Shown here one piece after another: positions 1 through 8,842 of a DNA stretch of 64,000 bases. The translations under genes and the position numbers were made by a program. The notes under the pieces are model-generated. The model saw only the letters and a program-made list of their open reading frames with translations, was not told where the DNA came from and did not search any database. The number at the start of each line of letters is the position of its first letter. The first letter of the stretch is position 1. Origin of the DNA: a virus; IMG/VR virus record IMGVR_UViG_3300035661_000010; one strand, written 5' to 3'.

Positions 1-32
1 GCGTCCAGAAACCGTGACACGAAGGAACGAAG

Positions 33-416
33 ATGAACGAGAAGACAGAACTGGTGAGTGAAAAGGACAAAGAAGAAGCGCAATCGCTTGCGCAGAAGCT
101 TGTCGACTGTGTCTCAACGGCCACGCAGCTCGATCACGAAAAGGGCGAGCCGTTGAACGTCGACGACTGGTGCCGGAACGCCGAGAAGCCAGCTCTCTGT
201 CAGAGCTGCGGAGGCGAGTTGCTATGTGCACCGTGGTGCAAAGGACACAAGAGCGTGCACCAGTGTGCTCTGGAGCTGATCGTCGATCGACATGAGCTCG
301 CGGATGAGCACAAGGGTCCAGGCACGATCAGAAACCACGACATCGCTCAACGCGTCGTCTCGCTCTATCGCATGGCATCAACGCTGAAGGAAGCGGCAAC
401 GCTGAAGGAAGCATGA
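33..416 (+). CDS. hypothetical protein with Cys/His cluster
   Basis: ORF; CxxC..C..C..H; ends in an 18-bp duplication (TLKEAA TLKEA); ATGA overlap with next gene. Confidence 0.6.
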   Translation: MNEKTELVSEKDKEEAQSLAQKLVDCVSTATQLDHEKGEPLNVDDWCRNAEKPALCQSCGGELLCAPWCKGHKSVHQCALELIVDRHELADEHKGPGTIRNHDIAQRVVSLYRMASTLKEAATLKEA

Positions 417-697
417 GCGCAATGATGCGCATCAAGGTCGACAAGAAAATGTTTCAGATGGTCAAGCCAGACACCTATGGCTACGCCACCGACGAGAACG
501 GAAAAAGAAGACGAAAGAGGCTTGCCCTCTGTAGATGCGCCGTACCGTGTCAACGCACGTTCCGTTGCAATCACCCACTGCACACCGGGCGCCGACTCGT
601 GCCCTACTGCAACGGCGCACCGCCAGAAGACTACTGCAACGAGTGTTGGCTGAAGCCTCAGGCAAAGAAGCGAAAACCTCCAGGAGAAAAGACATGA
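413..697 (+). CDS. Cys-rich hypothetical protein
   Basis: ATGA-coupled at both ends; several Cys pairs. Confidence 0.6.
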   Translation: MSAMMRIKVDKKMFQMVKPDTYGYATDENGKRRRKRLALCRCAVPCQRTFRCNHPLHTGRRLVPYCNGAPPEDYCNECWLKPQAKKRKPPGEKT

Positions 698-983
698 GCG
701 ACAGAACAAAAGAGCTGGAGGCACAGATCGACGACGCCAGAAGAACTGCCGCGGGCTGTTGCTGAAATAGAGCGCCTTCGAACGTACTCAGATGGTCTCG
801 ACGTCATGCGCATGAAGGTCATGAGAGAGCAGCGGCGGCCGGTAACGGCAGAGAATCGCCTTACAGCGCTTTACCAGCGCTTTACCAGCGCTTTACCAGC
901 GCTTTACCAGCGCGAACGAGATTCTTCAGATGCTCCACGCACATGTCGCAGAGATGTACGTCCGCAAGCAATTGCGTAGATGA
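694..983 (+). pseudogene. frameshifted or phase-variable coiled-coil gene
   Basis: SD+ATG at 694 stops at TGA 763; +1 frame continues EELPRAVAEIERLR...; an 11-bp repeat tract then changes frame again. Confidence 0.5.
866..913. repeat. tandem repeat (GCGCTTTACCA)x4 + GCGC
   Basis: four exact 11-bp copies at 866-909. Confidence 0.95.
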
Positions 984-1123
984 TGTGCAAGTGTGGCCAC
1001 TGCACCCCCGAAAGAGGGCTACGGCCCGTTACTTTACCCTCTGCCCGTCAGCAAGAGGTTGGCACCTCCATCCCCATGAAGTAGATCGAGTACCCGGTTC
1101 ATCGACAGCAGTAGGAGACGACG

Positions 1124-1477
1124 ATGAGTGAAGAGAAGAAAGACAGCGTGTGGTTCATAGATTCGTACGCATGGTCGGTCGGAGCAGCCGCGCTCGTCAT
1201 TGGTCTGACGTTGGGCGCGTCGATCCAGGCTGGCATCCCGAGCTCGAAGGTGAAGGAGCTAGAGGCGAAGGTGAAGGCGGCCGACGAGCGCGCCATCGCG
1301 AGTGAACAGATTCAAGGCGTGCTCGATCTCCAGACACGTCAGATCGATCACGTCGAACGGCTCGTCCTGAAGATGCAGTATGACCAGGACAAGGACCTCA
1401 AGATGAGGGAGACGGGATGGACCTACCCGCTGCTATGCAAGACCGCTACTCCGCCAGCGGATGCGGGAGAACACTGA
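1124..1477 (+). CDS. membrane-anchored coiled-coil protein
   Basis: SD AGGAG; N-terminal hydrophobic helix followed by heptads. Confidence 0.7.
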   Translation: MSEEKKDSVWFIDSYAWSVGAAALVIGLTLGASIQAGIPSSKVKELEAKVKAADERAIASEQIQGVLDLQTRQIDHVERLVLKMQYDQDKDLKMRETGWTYPLLCKTATPPADAGEH

Positions 1478-1671
1478 TGGGAATCACGTTCACGTGCACC
1501 ATCTGCAAGAAGCAGCACCCAAGTCCAGGCATCGATCCTCAGAGTCGTGTGCCAAAGTTCCCGTCAGCGACGTTGACGACATCGCGCAACGACAAGAACG
1601 AATGGTACGCGCACTGCATCGTTCCGTGCGCGACCGCCGACCTCGTTGCTGTGCTGGAGGGACATGAATAG
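1477..1671 (+). CDS. small Zn-finger-like hypothetical protein
   Basis: TGATG coupling; CTIC...HC..PC. Confidence 0.55.
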   Translation: MGITFTCTICKKQHPSPGIDPQSRVPKFPSATLTTSRNDKNEWYAHCIVPCATADLVAVLEGHE

Positions 1672-1981
1672 AGAGATCAGGGTCCAGGCTCCAGGAACCA
1701 AGGAGCCGGCGCATGTCGACGACTTCATCGAGGACTACAGGACGGATGCGTACGCATCGTTCGTCCTGAACTACTTCCGCATGAGCGCGACGCTGCGCAT
1801 TAAGATCGCCGCGTACATGAAGGGTCACCTTCTCTTCTGCACGCGCGAGGGCACACGCTATCGAGTGACGGGCGCTTCTCGTCTCGGTGACGTGTGGCTT
1901 GCAAAAGACTACGCTCGTGACGCAGGTTACGACCTGCGTGTCGACATTGGGACGTGCTCAGGCTGGGGACCAAAGCCATGA
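1664..1981 (+). CDS. hypothetical protein
   Basis: SD GGAGG + ATG 1664. Confidence 0.7.
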   Translation: MNREIRVQAPGTKEPAHVDDFIEDYRTDAYASFVLNYFRMSATLRIKIAAYMKGHLLFCTREGTRYRVTGASRLGDVWLAKDYARDAGYDLRVDIGTCSGWGPKP

Positions 1982-2015
1982 AACCCAAAGCCATGAAACC
2001 CAAAGCCATGAAGCC
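1970..2015. repeat. 15-bp tandem repeat CCAAAGCCATGAAAC x~3
   Basis: directly visible. Confidence 0.9.
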
Positions 2016-2145
2016 CCGTTACGGCCGCAGCGTTGATGCCTGGGCTGCGGACGCGATTCTGTACATCATGCTCTTGTCGATCTTCATGCTCGTGGGCCTC
2101 ACGGCATGGTGGATAGCCCGATGGATCGTGAGTACGGGACCTTGA
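1978..2145 (+). CDS. small membrane protein with (MKPKA)n N-terminus
   Basis: ATGA overlap; C-terminal hydrophobic helix. Confidence 0.55.
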   Translation: MKPKAMKPKAMKPRYGRSVDAWAADAILYIMLLSIFMLVGLTAWWIARWIVSTGP

Positions 2146-2202
2146 AGTAGAAGTCTGCTTCCGAACTTTGCTACACTGACGATCCACGTTCTTGGGAGAG
2201 GG

Positions 2203-2943
2203 ATGACAATGAGCCAACGAGTGACGTTGTACACGGGCGACTGGATGAAGAACGTGGTGAAAGCGAAGACGCCGGACCAGTTGGTCTCGGGTGACAAAGC
2301 CATCTTCTTGGTCGACGACTTCGTTGGAACGTCCAAGGGAGCCCGGCTCGGGTTCGAGGTCCTCCGGGTCATGGCAACGCTCAGCAGTCTGCACATCTGG
2401 GTGAAACCGTGGATCGACGAGACCATGTGCCTCAAGATCAGATTCGATGCCGTCACGGGCGAAGGCACGTGGATGCGTACCAAGATGATGGATAGTGCGA
2501 ACAAGTTCGAGCGTGCGCTCGATCAGCTCAACGGGCTCGTCGAGAAGCATCCGGATCCCAGGAACATGCAGCTCCACGTCAATGCAGACGCCATCGAGAA
2601 GCTGCTGGACGCCTCGTTCAACTGCGAAGACGAAGAGCCGCCCACCGATCCCAGCCCTTCGACACGTGCGAAAGAGGATTCGAGCGTCGAGCTGCCCGAC
2701 ATCGATCCCGTCGAGACAGAGGTGAAGAGCGACAAGCCGGTCGATATCCTGGACACAAGCGCCGACTTCGACACCTGGATGAAGAACCTCTGCGCTGCGC
2801 TCAACGTGCCGACGCACATGCTCGATGAGGTGCGCAAGTTCGAGTCAGAGGAACCCGGGACGGACGAGGTCCACGGGCCCGCCAAGACCAGCGGTCACGC
2901 TCAGATGCTGTACGATGAGTCGCTGAACAAGCTCGCGAGGTAG
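2203..2943 (+). CDS. hypothetical protein with acidic C-terminus
   Basis: SD GGGAGAGG; TACACT upstream; 246-aa ORF. Confidence 0.75.
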   Translation: MTMSQRVTLYTGDWMKNVVKAKTPDQLVSGDKAIFLVDDFVGTSKGARLGFEVLRVMATLSSLHIWVKPWIDETMCLKIRFDAVTGEGTWMRTKMMDSANKFERALDQLNGLVEKHPDPRNMQLHVNADAIEKLLDASFNCEDEEPPTDPSPSTRAKEDSSVELPDIDPVETEVKSDKPVDILDTSADFDTWMKNLCAALNVPTHMLDEVRKFESEEPGTDEVHGPAKTSGHAQMLYDESLNKLAR

Positions 2944-2953
2944 ATGGCCTCGC

Positions 2954-3124
2954 GGATAGTAGAGGGGACAGACGGTCGATACCGGAGGTTGGCTTCCTCC
3001 GGCGAGGCACCTGGGATGGTGCGATGGCCCTCGGTGGCAAGGAGGCGGGCCTCGACATGGCCTGTCGCCCCGCTGAACGCTTCGTGGTTCGAATCCACAC
3101 GTCCGTCTGTCCCCTCTTCTGTCC
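2954..3124 (+). ncRNA. candidate structured ncRNA with a tRNA T-arm
   Basis: 2961-2975 is the exact reverse complement of 3103-3117 (stem extends to ~22 bp); internal hairpins 2982-3002, 3007-3022, 3045-3073; GTGG-TTCGAAT-CCAC at 3084-3098. Confidence 0.65.
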
Positions 3125-3208
3125 AGCATTGTCTAGGTGCGTCGCGTTACGGTGCGCCACCGGGTCATGTTGTTGCTCTCTGGTAGGACAAGAAGTAGCG
3201 TTGTCTCA

Positions 3209-3655
3209 ATGGACGGCGAAAACGAGCTAGCAAGCCAGGAAGAGAACCCGGTAGCGAACCCAGTAGCGAAGCAGCGCAAGGTCGCACGAGGCTACAAGCG
3301 CACGTTCAAGTTCAAGTACACGGACCTAGCCAAGCTCCTCGACATGACGCCGGCAGCGGCCAGGAAGGCGGCTCAGAGGGGACGATTCGACCCGAACAGC
3401 CTCCAGAGCATCTTCGAGTTCGCAGCGTCACGGGGCCTTGTGTCCGCACCTACTCCCCAGCCTGTGAACAACGCGGCAGAAGACGTCCGCAAGCACTTGC
3501 GGAACGCAGCCGAGACAATGCTCATGGCGATGAAAGAGGTTGCGGTCGCTATCGAGGCCACCATCGAGGCCGAAGGAAAGAAACCGCCCGTCGAGTCTCT
3601 CGCGCCTTCCATGCTCGCGAAACTGGTCAACAAGAAAACAGGAACGGATCCGTAG
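3209..3655 (+). CDS. HTH DNA-binding protein
   Basis: YTDLAKLLDMTPAAARKAAQRG fits an HTH pattern. Confidence 0.6.
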   Translation: MDGENELASQEENPVANPVAKQRKVARGYKRTFKFKYTDLAKLLDMTPAAARKAAQRGRFDPNSLQSIFEFAASRGLVSAPTPQPVNNAAEDVRKHLRNAAETMLMAMKEVAVAIEATIEAEGKKPPVESLAPSMLAKLVNKKTGTDP

Positions 3656-3997
3656 ATGGCCGAGTACAAGGGCAACATGATCGTGGAGAAGGGAACGTAC
3701 GTCGGAGCAACGTTGCGGCCCGCACAAAAGAACCTGCTCGGTCACATGCAGCAGCCGGGGAATGGTGGAGGTTGGCTCATCAGAGACAAGATACGGGCGT
3801 ACCCCGCAGCGCTCATGAGCCTCTTCGAGCGCGGTCTTATCGACGTAGAGTGGAAGGACGGGGCCATCGTCGCGGCCAAGATCACCGACAAAGGCAGGAC
3901 GCAGTTTCCGATGGAGGTACCTGCGCAGGTTCTGCCGAAGGACACTGGAAAGTTCATGATCGAGATGGCAGAAGAGGACCATGGGCAACGAGGTTGA
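3656..3997 (+). CDS. hypothetical protein (possible winged helix)
   Basis: LMSLFERGLID...AKITDKGR resembles a wHTH wing. Confidence 0.55.
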   Translation: MAEYKGNMIVEKGTYVGATLRPAQKNLLGHMQQPGNGGGWLIRDKIRAYPAALMSLFERGLIDVEWKDGAIVAAKITDKGRTQFPMEVPAQVLPKDTGKFMIEMAEEDHGQRG

Positions 3998-4143
3998 TGT
4001 TGTCGTCCTTGTCCTCGTGGTCGTAGCTATCGTGTGGAGGGAAGTCTCGGACGACAATGGTAACGAGACAGACGCTGAGTAGACGAAGATCGGGCACGGT
4101 GCGTTTGTCCGCATAGACGGCGACACCGGGACAGGGTGAGGAC

Positions 4144-4440
4144 ATGAAAAGTGTGACGACGACAACCGCCTGCGTGACGCAGGTGTTCTTGAGCGCGAGG
4201 GGCATCAAGCTCGTGGTGGCAGCTTTGCTCGAGCGAACGCCGGAGATCGAACGGTTCGCTCGCGAGCAGAGCGCCAACGGCGACACGGTACATGTGACGA
4301 TCGGTAAGCCGGACTTCGCGCAAGCACTTGCGCTGCTGGAGGAGTCTATCGAGAAGACAGGTGCCCAGCACGAGATGGGGTCTGATCTCGTCAATCGCAT
4401 CGAAGCGTTTTTGGGCACCCACGAGACTGAAGACCTGTGA
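4144..4440 (+). CDS. hypothetical protein
   Basis: ORF coupled to next gene. Confidence 0.55.
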   Translation: MKSVTTTTACVTQVFLSARGIKLVVAALLERTPEIERFAREQSANGDTVHVTIGKPDFAQALALLEESIEKTGAQHEMGSDLVNRIEAFLGTHETEDL

Positions 4441-4739
4441 TGGCAACGAAGAAGATAAGGAGCCGTTCGACGAAGGGCAGCGTTGATGCGCCTAGCGCTC
4501 CGACAGACAACAAGATCGCTCTCTTCCTGGAGAAGGAGTCGAAAGGCGCCCTCGCGAAGATGGCCGGCGCTCTGCACTACCGCTTCATCGGAGAAGCTAT
4601 CAGGCTTCTGATCCAGAAGGCGGTGTGCGGTAAGGTCGCCGAGAAGAAGTTCGCGAACGACCTGATACACGAGGCGTCCTCGAACGTAGGGGTCAAGGCC
4701 TCGGCGGAACGCCTCAAGGCAGTGCTCGGAGGCATCTGA
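4440..4739 (+). CDS. hypothetical protein
   Basis: TGATG coupling. Confidence 0.6.
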   Translation: MATKKIRSRSTKGSVDAPSAPTDNKIALFLEKESKGALAKMAGALHYRFIGEAIRLLIQKAVCGKVAEKKFANDLIHEASSNVGVKASAERLKAVLGGI

Positions 4740-4740
4740 A

Positions 4741-5322
4741 GTGCGCATCGTAGAGAACGGCGAAGACGAGAGCGTGCAGCTCTTGGTGTCGCCGGAGGAG
4801 TACAGCCAGATCACGAAGTGGTCACTGGACCCGGTCCTCCACGCGGATCGCTCGAAGCCTATCGCAGAGTTCGAGCGACTCATCGGATCGCCTATGTACG
4901 AGAGAATCCGGGAGTATTCGAACGAGAGACGCCAGGTAAACATCGTCATCGAGAAGAAGCGCGACCCGGAGCTCGACGCTCGGCAGAGCATGTACAACGA
5001 GATGTTCCGCGTCAATGCAACGCTCTTGGTCAGTGCAGCACTGGCTCGTGGCGGCGTACGAGCCATCGTCTGGGCCCGTGCGACGCTTCAGGCACTAGAG
5101 CAAGACGACTTCGAGTGGGTCGTTCGGCAGATGAACCCGTACGAGATTGCTGGCCAAAGCATCTTGACGACGGAAGAGCGTCTGGAGCCGTTCCGCTGGC
5201 TCGTTGATTTCTACAAGACAGCGATGGGTGATCGTCCGTCACGGGTTCTCGACGCGAATCAGTTCGCGTACGAGTACAGCGTCTTCCGCCGACAGCTGAG
5301 CACGTTGCTGCATGGTGAATGA
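4741..5322 (+). CDS. hypothetical protein
   Basis: SD GGAGG + GTG. Confidence 0.7.
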   Translation: MRIVENGEDESVQLLVSPEEYSQITKWSLDPVLHADRSKPIAEFERLIGSPMYERIREYSNERRQVNIVIEKKRDPELDARQSMYNEMFRVNATLLVSAALARGGVRAIVWARATLQALEQDDFEWVVRQMNPYEIAGQSILTTEERLEPFRWLVDFYKTAMGDRPSRVLDANQFAYEYSVFRRQLSTLLHGE

Positions 5323-5752
5323 CATGGGGCAAGCATGGAGCTGATGATGGATCATGAAACGTATGTGAAGATCCTCATGTTCGCGCCCTTCGCTATCGGA
5401 GCTGGCTTCGGGTTCTGTCTTGGCGCCATGGTCGAGAGGGTGAGGCAAGAGAAAGGTCGACGATGAGCTCGGGAGATGCCGACACCGTCCAGAAAGGACT
5501 CTGCTTCGTGTGCGGCGAGCTCTCGGAGAGCTGCATCTGCTCTGCGGGCGCATCGCGAAGAAAGGTGCTGTGCCCAAGCAGACCGGAACGTGTCCGGTAT
5601 GCAAGGAGCCGATCATGAGCAACCAGGAGCAGTACGAGATCTGGTCTGCTCGTGCCGCAGTGGAACGAGCTGCCGTCAGACATCCGCACGCACTGGATGC
5701 TGGTGGCGAAGATGTCCTTGTTGAAGTACAAGCCGGTCTGAAGGAGAAGAAG

Positions 5753-5986
5753 ATGGAACCGTCATTCGATTTTGGTGAAGCACTCAAGAAGCTGAAGGCA
5801 GGGCTCAAGGTCTCGCGCGCAGGGTGGAACGGCAAGGGCATGTGGCTCGCACTCCAGCAGCCAGATGCGAACAGCAAGATGTCGCTGCCGTACGTCTACA
5901 TGAAGACGGCGCAGGGAGATCTGGTGCCATGGCTCGCGTCGCAGACGGACATCCTCGCCAATGACTGGATAGCGGAGGCGATATGA
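5753..5986 (+). CDS. DUF2829 / Tad2-like protein
   Basis: FDFGEALKKLKAGLKVSRAGWNGKGMW...PYVYMKT..GDLVPWLASQTDILANDW; SD AAGGAG before ATG 5753 (an upstream in-frame start is also possible). Confidence 0.85.
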   Translation: MEPSFDFGEALKKLKAGLKVSRAGWNGKGMWLALQQPDANSKMSLPYVYMKTAQGDLVPWLASQTDILANDWIAEAI

Positions 5987-6150
5987 AAGTCGGGAGCGTG
6001 GTCGTAGAGCTGGGTAAGGAGACGAAGAAGACCGTGGAGTCGGTCAGGGAGACGAAGAGCGAGACGTTCGTCGGCGTCGTGTGGTTCGACACGCACAACT
6101 GCTTGCACCGCAAGACGGTGAACGCCAAGCACCTGTTCGAGGTCGCGTGA
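5983..6150 (+). CDS. small YodC/DUF2158-like protein (not in ORF track)
   Basis: MKVGSVV...TVESV...VGVVWFD; SD GGAGG; coupled at both ends. Confidence 0.55.
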   Translation: MKVGSVVVELGKETKKTVESVRETKSETFVGVVWFDTHNCLHRKTVNAKHLFEVA

Positions 6151-6452
6151 TGGCTCAGACATCCACGAACCGAGAGCACATCGGGATGCTAGAGCACGCA
6201 CTCGCTTGCGTGCTGAAGGAAGAGGTGCGTGAAAGCTTCGAGGACATGAAAGAGAAGCTCTTGGCCCGCCCCACGCACGACCTGAGCGAGAAGCAGCTCA
6301 AGTTCGTGAAGAATGTCCTCGATCAGCACGACGTTCCTCAGTACGAGAACCTGGTATCGCGCGGGCTCGTTCCTCGAGGCAAAGAAGTGGAGACGCCTCC
6401 CGCACTCCAGAACCTGCCGAAGAGGCCGCCCTCACGTAGGGTAGAGGAGTAG
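6150..6452 (+). CDS. hypothetical protein
   Basis: TGATG coupling. Confidence 0.65.
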   Translation: MAQTSTNREHIGMLEHALACVLKEEVRESFEDMKEKLLARPTHDLSEKQLKFVKNVLDQHDVPQYENLVSRGLVPRGKEVETPPALQNLPKRPPSRRVEE

Positions 6453-6462
6453 GCTGTAGATC

Positions 6463-6627
6463 ATGTTCGCAGAAGACCCGCCGAAGCCACCTCCGAATCC
6501 GATCGTCATCGCCGTGGTTACCGCGGCCCTGACGACGGTCGCTACCAAGCTCGCAGAGTGGGCAGTCCACGAGCTAAAGAAGAAGTACGGCACCAAGGAG
6601 AAATACGAAGAGCACCATGATCGGTGA
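6463..6627 (+). CDS. small membrane protein (not in ORF track)
   Basis: MFAEDPPKPPPNPIVIAVVTAALTTVATKLAEW... Confidence 0.55.
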   Translation: MFAEDPPKPPPNPIVIAVVTAALTTVATKLAEWAVHELKKKYGTKEKYEEHHDR

Positions 6628-6812
6628 TGACGAGATGCGAAAAGCATGTGTTCGACGAATCTGTCGACGCAGGTAGGCGTGTGGTGCAGAAAGTCGTCGC
6701 TGACTTCAACCGGCTGAGTCCCACCATCGAGACGGTCAAGAAGGGACGACTCACGCAGTACCTGCGTCATCGCCAAGCAAGGCTTCTGACTTCGATCAAC
6801 GTTCACGAGTGA
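6627..6812 (+). CDS. hypothetical protein
   Basis: TGATG coupling. Confidence 0.5.
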   Translation: MTRCEKHVFDESVDAGRRVVQKVVADFNRLSPTIETVKKGRLTQYLRHRQARLLTSINVHE

Positions 6813-6845
6813 AGGGTCCGCGGCTTCGGCTACGGGCCCTTTCGC
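6811..6845 (+). terminator. hairpin, possible intrinsic terminator
   Basis: GAAGGGTCCG...TTCG...CGGGCCCTTTC right after a stop codon; short U tail. Confidence 0.5.
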
Positions 6846-6969
6846 ACGTTCATCACCCAACCCTCCATCCTGCTCTTTCCACTGCCACACGAAGACTTAC
6901 GGAGTGCTCCATGGGCCACCTCTGATAGATTCTTCTCTCCCCCTCCCACCTCCCAAGAGGCCAAAGACG

Positions 6970-8259
6970 ATGAGCAAGGAAACGAGACCTGAAGGCGGAG
7001 CCACGCATGTCATCGACGCTGTTCCCAAGAAGTCCATGCGCGAGTTCATTGTGAAGGAGCTCGAAGACGACCGTCTGCCCGAGCAGTACCAGTTGGGTAG
7101 CAAGTCGGCACACCGCATCGAGTCCTATGAGAACCCAGGCAGTCTCTCGAAGGAGGACCTGATCGCGTTTGCAGAGAACTTGCGACGCGTCACAGGGGAT
7201 GTCGTTCACGAAGACGGGAAGATCCTGGATGTCCTGTACAAGTGGGTCGACCAGTCTATCGAGAGCGCGGAGATCGCACGCGACTCCTTGAACTCCACGC
7301 TTCGTCTCGTGAAAGGATGGGAGGAGAACATCGAGGCCGAGAAGGATTGCAAGAAGAAGATTGCGATGCTCAACGAGTACAGAGACCTCCTGACGGGAGG
7401 TAGCAATGCAGCAGAGGCTCGCATCGCCATCGGACTTGCTACGTACATCTCGACTCCAGATGGACAGTCATCGGCGATCGGTCTCGCTCGGTGGGCGGCC
7501 AACGGCTTCCCGCAGATCACCATGGGTCACAAGTACGCAGCGGCGCTCCTGGTGACGAACGTGACGGAAGAGGCGGTCGACTCCGCGCGACCTCCCTGGG
7601 ACGGGTTCGTGATCGAAGTGCCACCAGGATTGTTGCCCATCTGGCACCCCGAGCACGACCGGCACTATGACGTGAAGCGCATCATTGTCTCCCAGCACGC
7701 GAACCATCACACGAACGGCGAGAAGGCATGGATGTACGTCGCGATGACGGAGACGACCATGAACATGTGGCGCTTCGGCGTCAGCTCGCGCGAGCTGCTC
7801 CCGCCCATCGTCGCTGATGACAGGATGGAGAACTACCCGGCACTGATGCCGATGAGCGGCTCTGACAAGAGGGTTTCCTCGCTCATCGGTCGGCTGGTCA
7901 TCAATGTCTGTCTCGCGATGAGTGATCCGAGCAACGTGACGGAAGTCGGTCCGAACCACAGGGCGTACCGCCAGTCGGCGAGCCAGCGCACCACGCCAGA
8001 ACCTCTCCTACGAACGTTCCAGGTCGGCAAGCCCATCAAGCTCGACTTCCGCGATCGCGTGAAGGAATACGTGCTGCATGGAGATCGGGCCAAGAGCAGC
8101 ATCAACGTGCAGAGCCTCGTGTGCGGCCACTTCAAGATGCAGCCACACGGGCCCAAGAACACGCTTCGGAAGTTGATCTGGAGGCAACCGTTCTGGAGAG
8201 GGCCAGAGGACGCGCCGATCCTCGTGCGCCCTCATGAGATCGAAAAGGAGGAGGCATGA
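6970..8259 (+). CDS. phage hypothetical protein
   Basis: ~430 aa; C-terminal VCGHFKMQPHGP...RKLIWRQPFWRG motif of a type seen in uncharacterised phage proteins. Confidence 0.8.
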   Translation: MSKETRPEGGATHVIDAVPKKSMREFIVKELEDDRLPEQYQLGSKSAHRIESYENPGSLSKEDLIAFAENLRRVTGDVVHEDGKILDVLYKWVDQSIESAEIARDSLNSTLRLVKGWEENIEAEKDCKKKIAMLNEYRDLLTGGSNAAEARIAIGLATYISTPDGQSSAIGLARWAANGFPQITMGHKYAAALLVTNVTEEAVDSARPPWDGFVIEVPPGLLPIWHPEHDRHYDVKRIIVSQHANHHTNGEKAWMYVAMTETTMNMWRFGVSSRELLPPIVADDRMENYPALMPMSGSDKRVSSLIGRLVINVCLAMSDPSNVTEVGPNHRAYRQSASQRTTPEPLLRTFQVGKPIKLDFRDRVKEYVLHGDRAKSSINVQSLVCGHFKMQPHGPKNTLRKLIWRQPFWRGPEDAPILVRPHEIEKEEA

Positions 8260-8507
8260 TTCCCTGTCGGTTCGAGGATCGTGGCGGCAAGAAGTACGAG
8301 GTACCCATCGATTGGACGTGGTCGCTTTCTGACCCAGGAACACTGAAGGCAGCTCTGAAGTGGGTGATAGGAGTCGATCCACTGAAACTCGAGTTCATGA
8401 AGATCGAAGCCTTGTGTCCACAGTGCAAGGAACCGGTACCGATCGTAGGCATCACGCACGTTGGCTGCCTCTCGTGTGGATGGCAGCAGAATCCGGAGAG
8501 GCCATGA
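8256..8507 (+). CDS. Zn-ribbon protein
   Basis: SD AAGGAGG; CPQC...CLSC. Confidence 0.65.
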   Translation: MIPCRFEDRGGKKYEVPIDWTWSLSDPGTLKAALKWVIGVDPLKLEFMKIEALCPQCKEPVPIVGITHVGCLSCGWQQNPERP

Positions 8508-8842
8508 GGACGGGAACCATGATGGCGCTGTTCGCGATTGCCATCGTCGCATTCCTGGCGCCACTGGTCATAGAAGACGTTCGTATGCATCGAGAGCTGG
8601 ACGATGCAGAAGCCAAGCTCGTGACGATGCGAGCCAAGGTCGCCGAGCAGAAGAAGATCCTCGATGAGCAGTCGGAAGCCGTTCGAGTCGAACAGGACAG
8701 GGTGCAGGCAGAACTAGATCGCACCAATGCAGAGAACGCGCTTTTCGAACGAAGCCTCGAAGAGGCTCATCTTCGTAAGCTTGCGTGGGATCTTGAGCGC
8801 GGGATGCGCGAATGGGAGAAGACGCGAGACGGAGGACGGTGA
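8504..8842 (+). CDS. membrane-anchored coiled-coil protein
   Basis: hydrophobic helix followed by heptads. Confidence 0.65.
   Translation: MRTGTMMALFAIAIVAFLAPLVIEDVRMHRELDDAEAKLVTMRAKVAEQKKILDEQSEAVRVEQDRVQAELDRTNAENALFERSLEEAHLRKLAWDLERGMREWEKTRDGGR

Noticed and set aside
985-1120. Possible structured RNA (CCCC-GAAA-GAGGG hairpin)
   Set aside because: Only short imperfect stems; not enough evidence.
866-2015. CRISPR array
   Set aside because: Repeats are directly adjacent with no spacers, and no cas genes are present.
2944-3186. 80-aa ORF
   Set aside because: No clear SD or protein motifs; the region is better explained by RNA structure.
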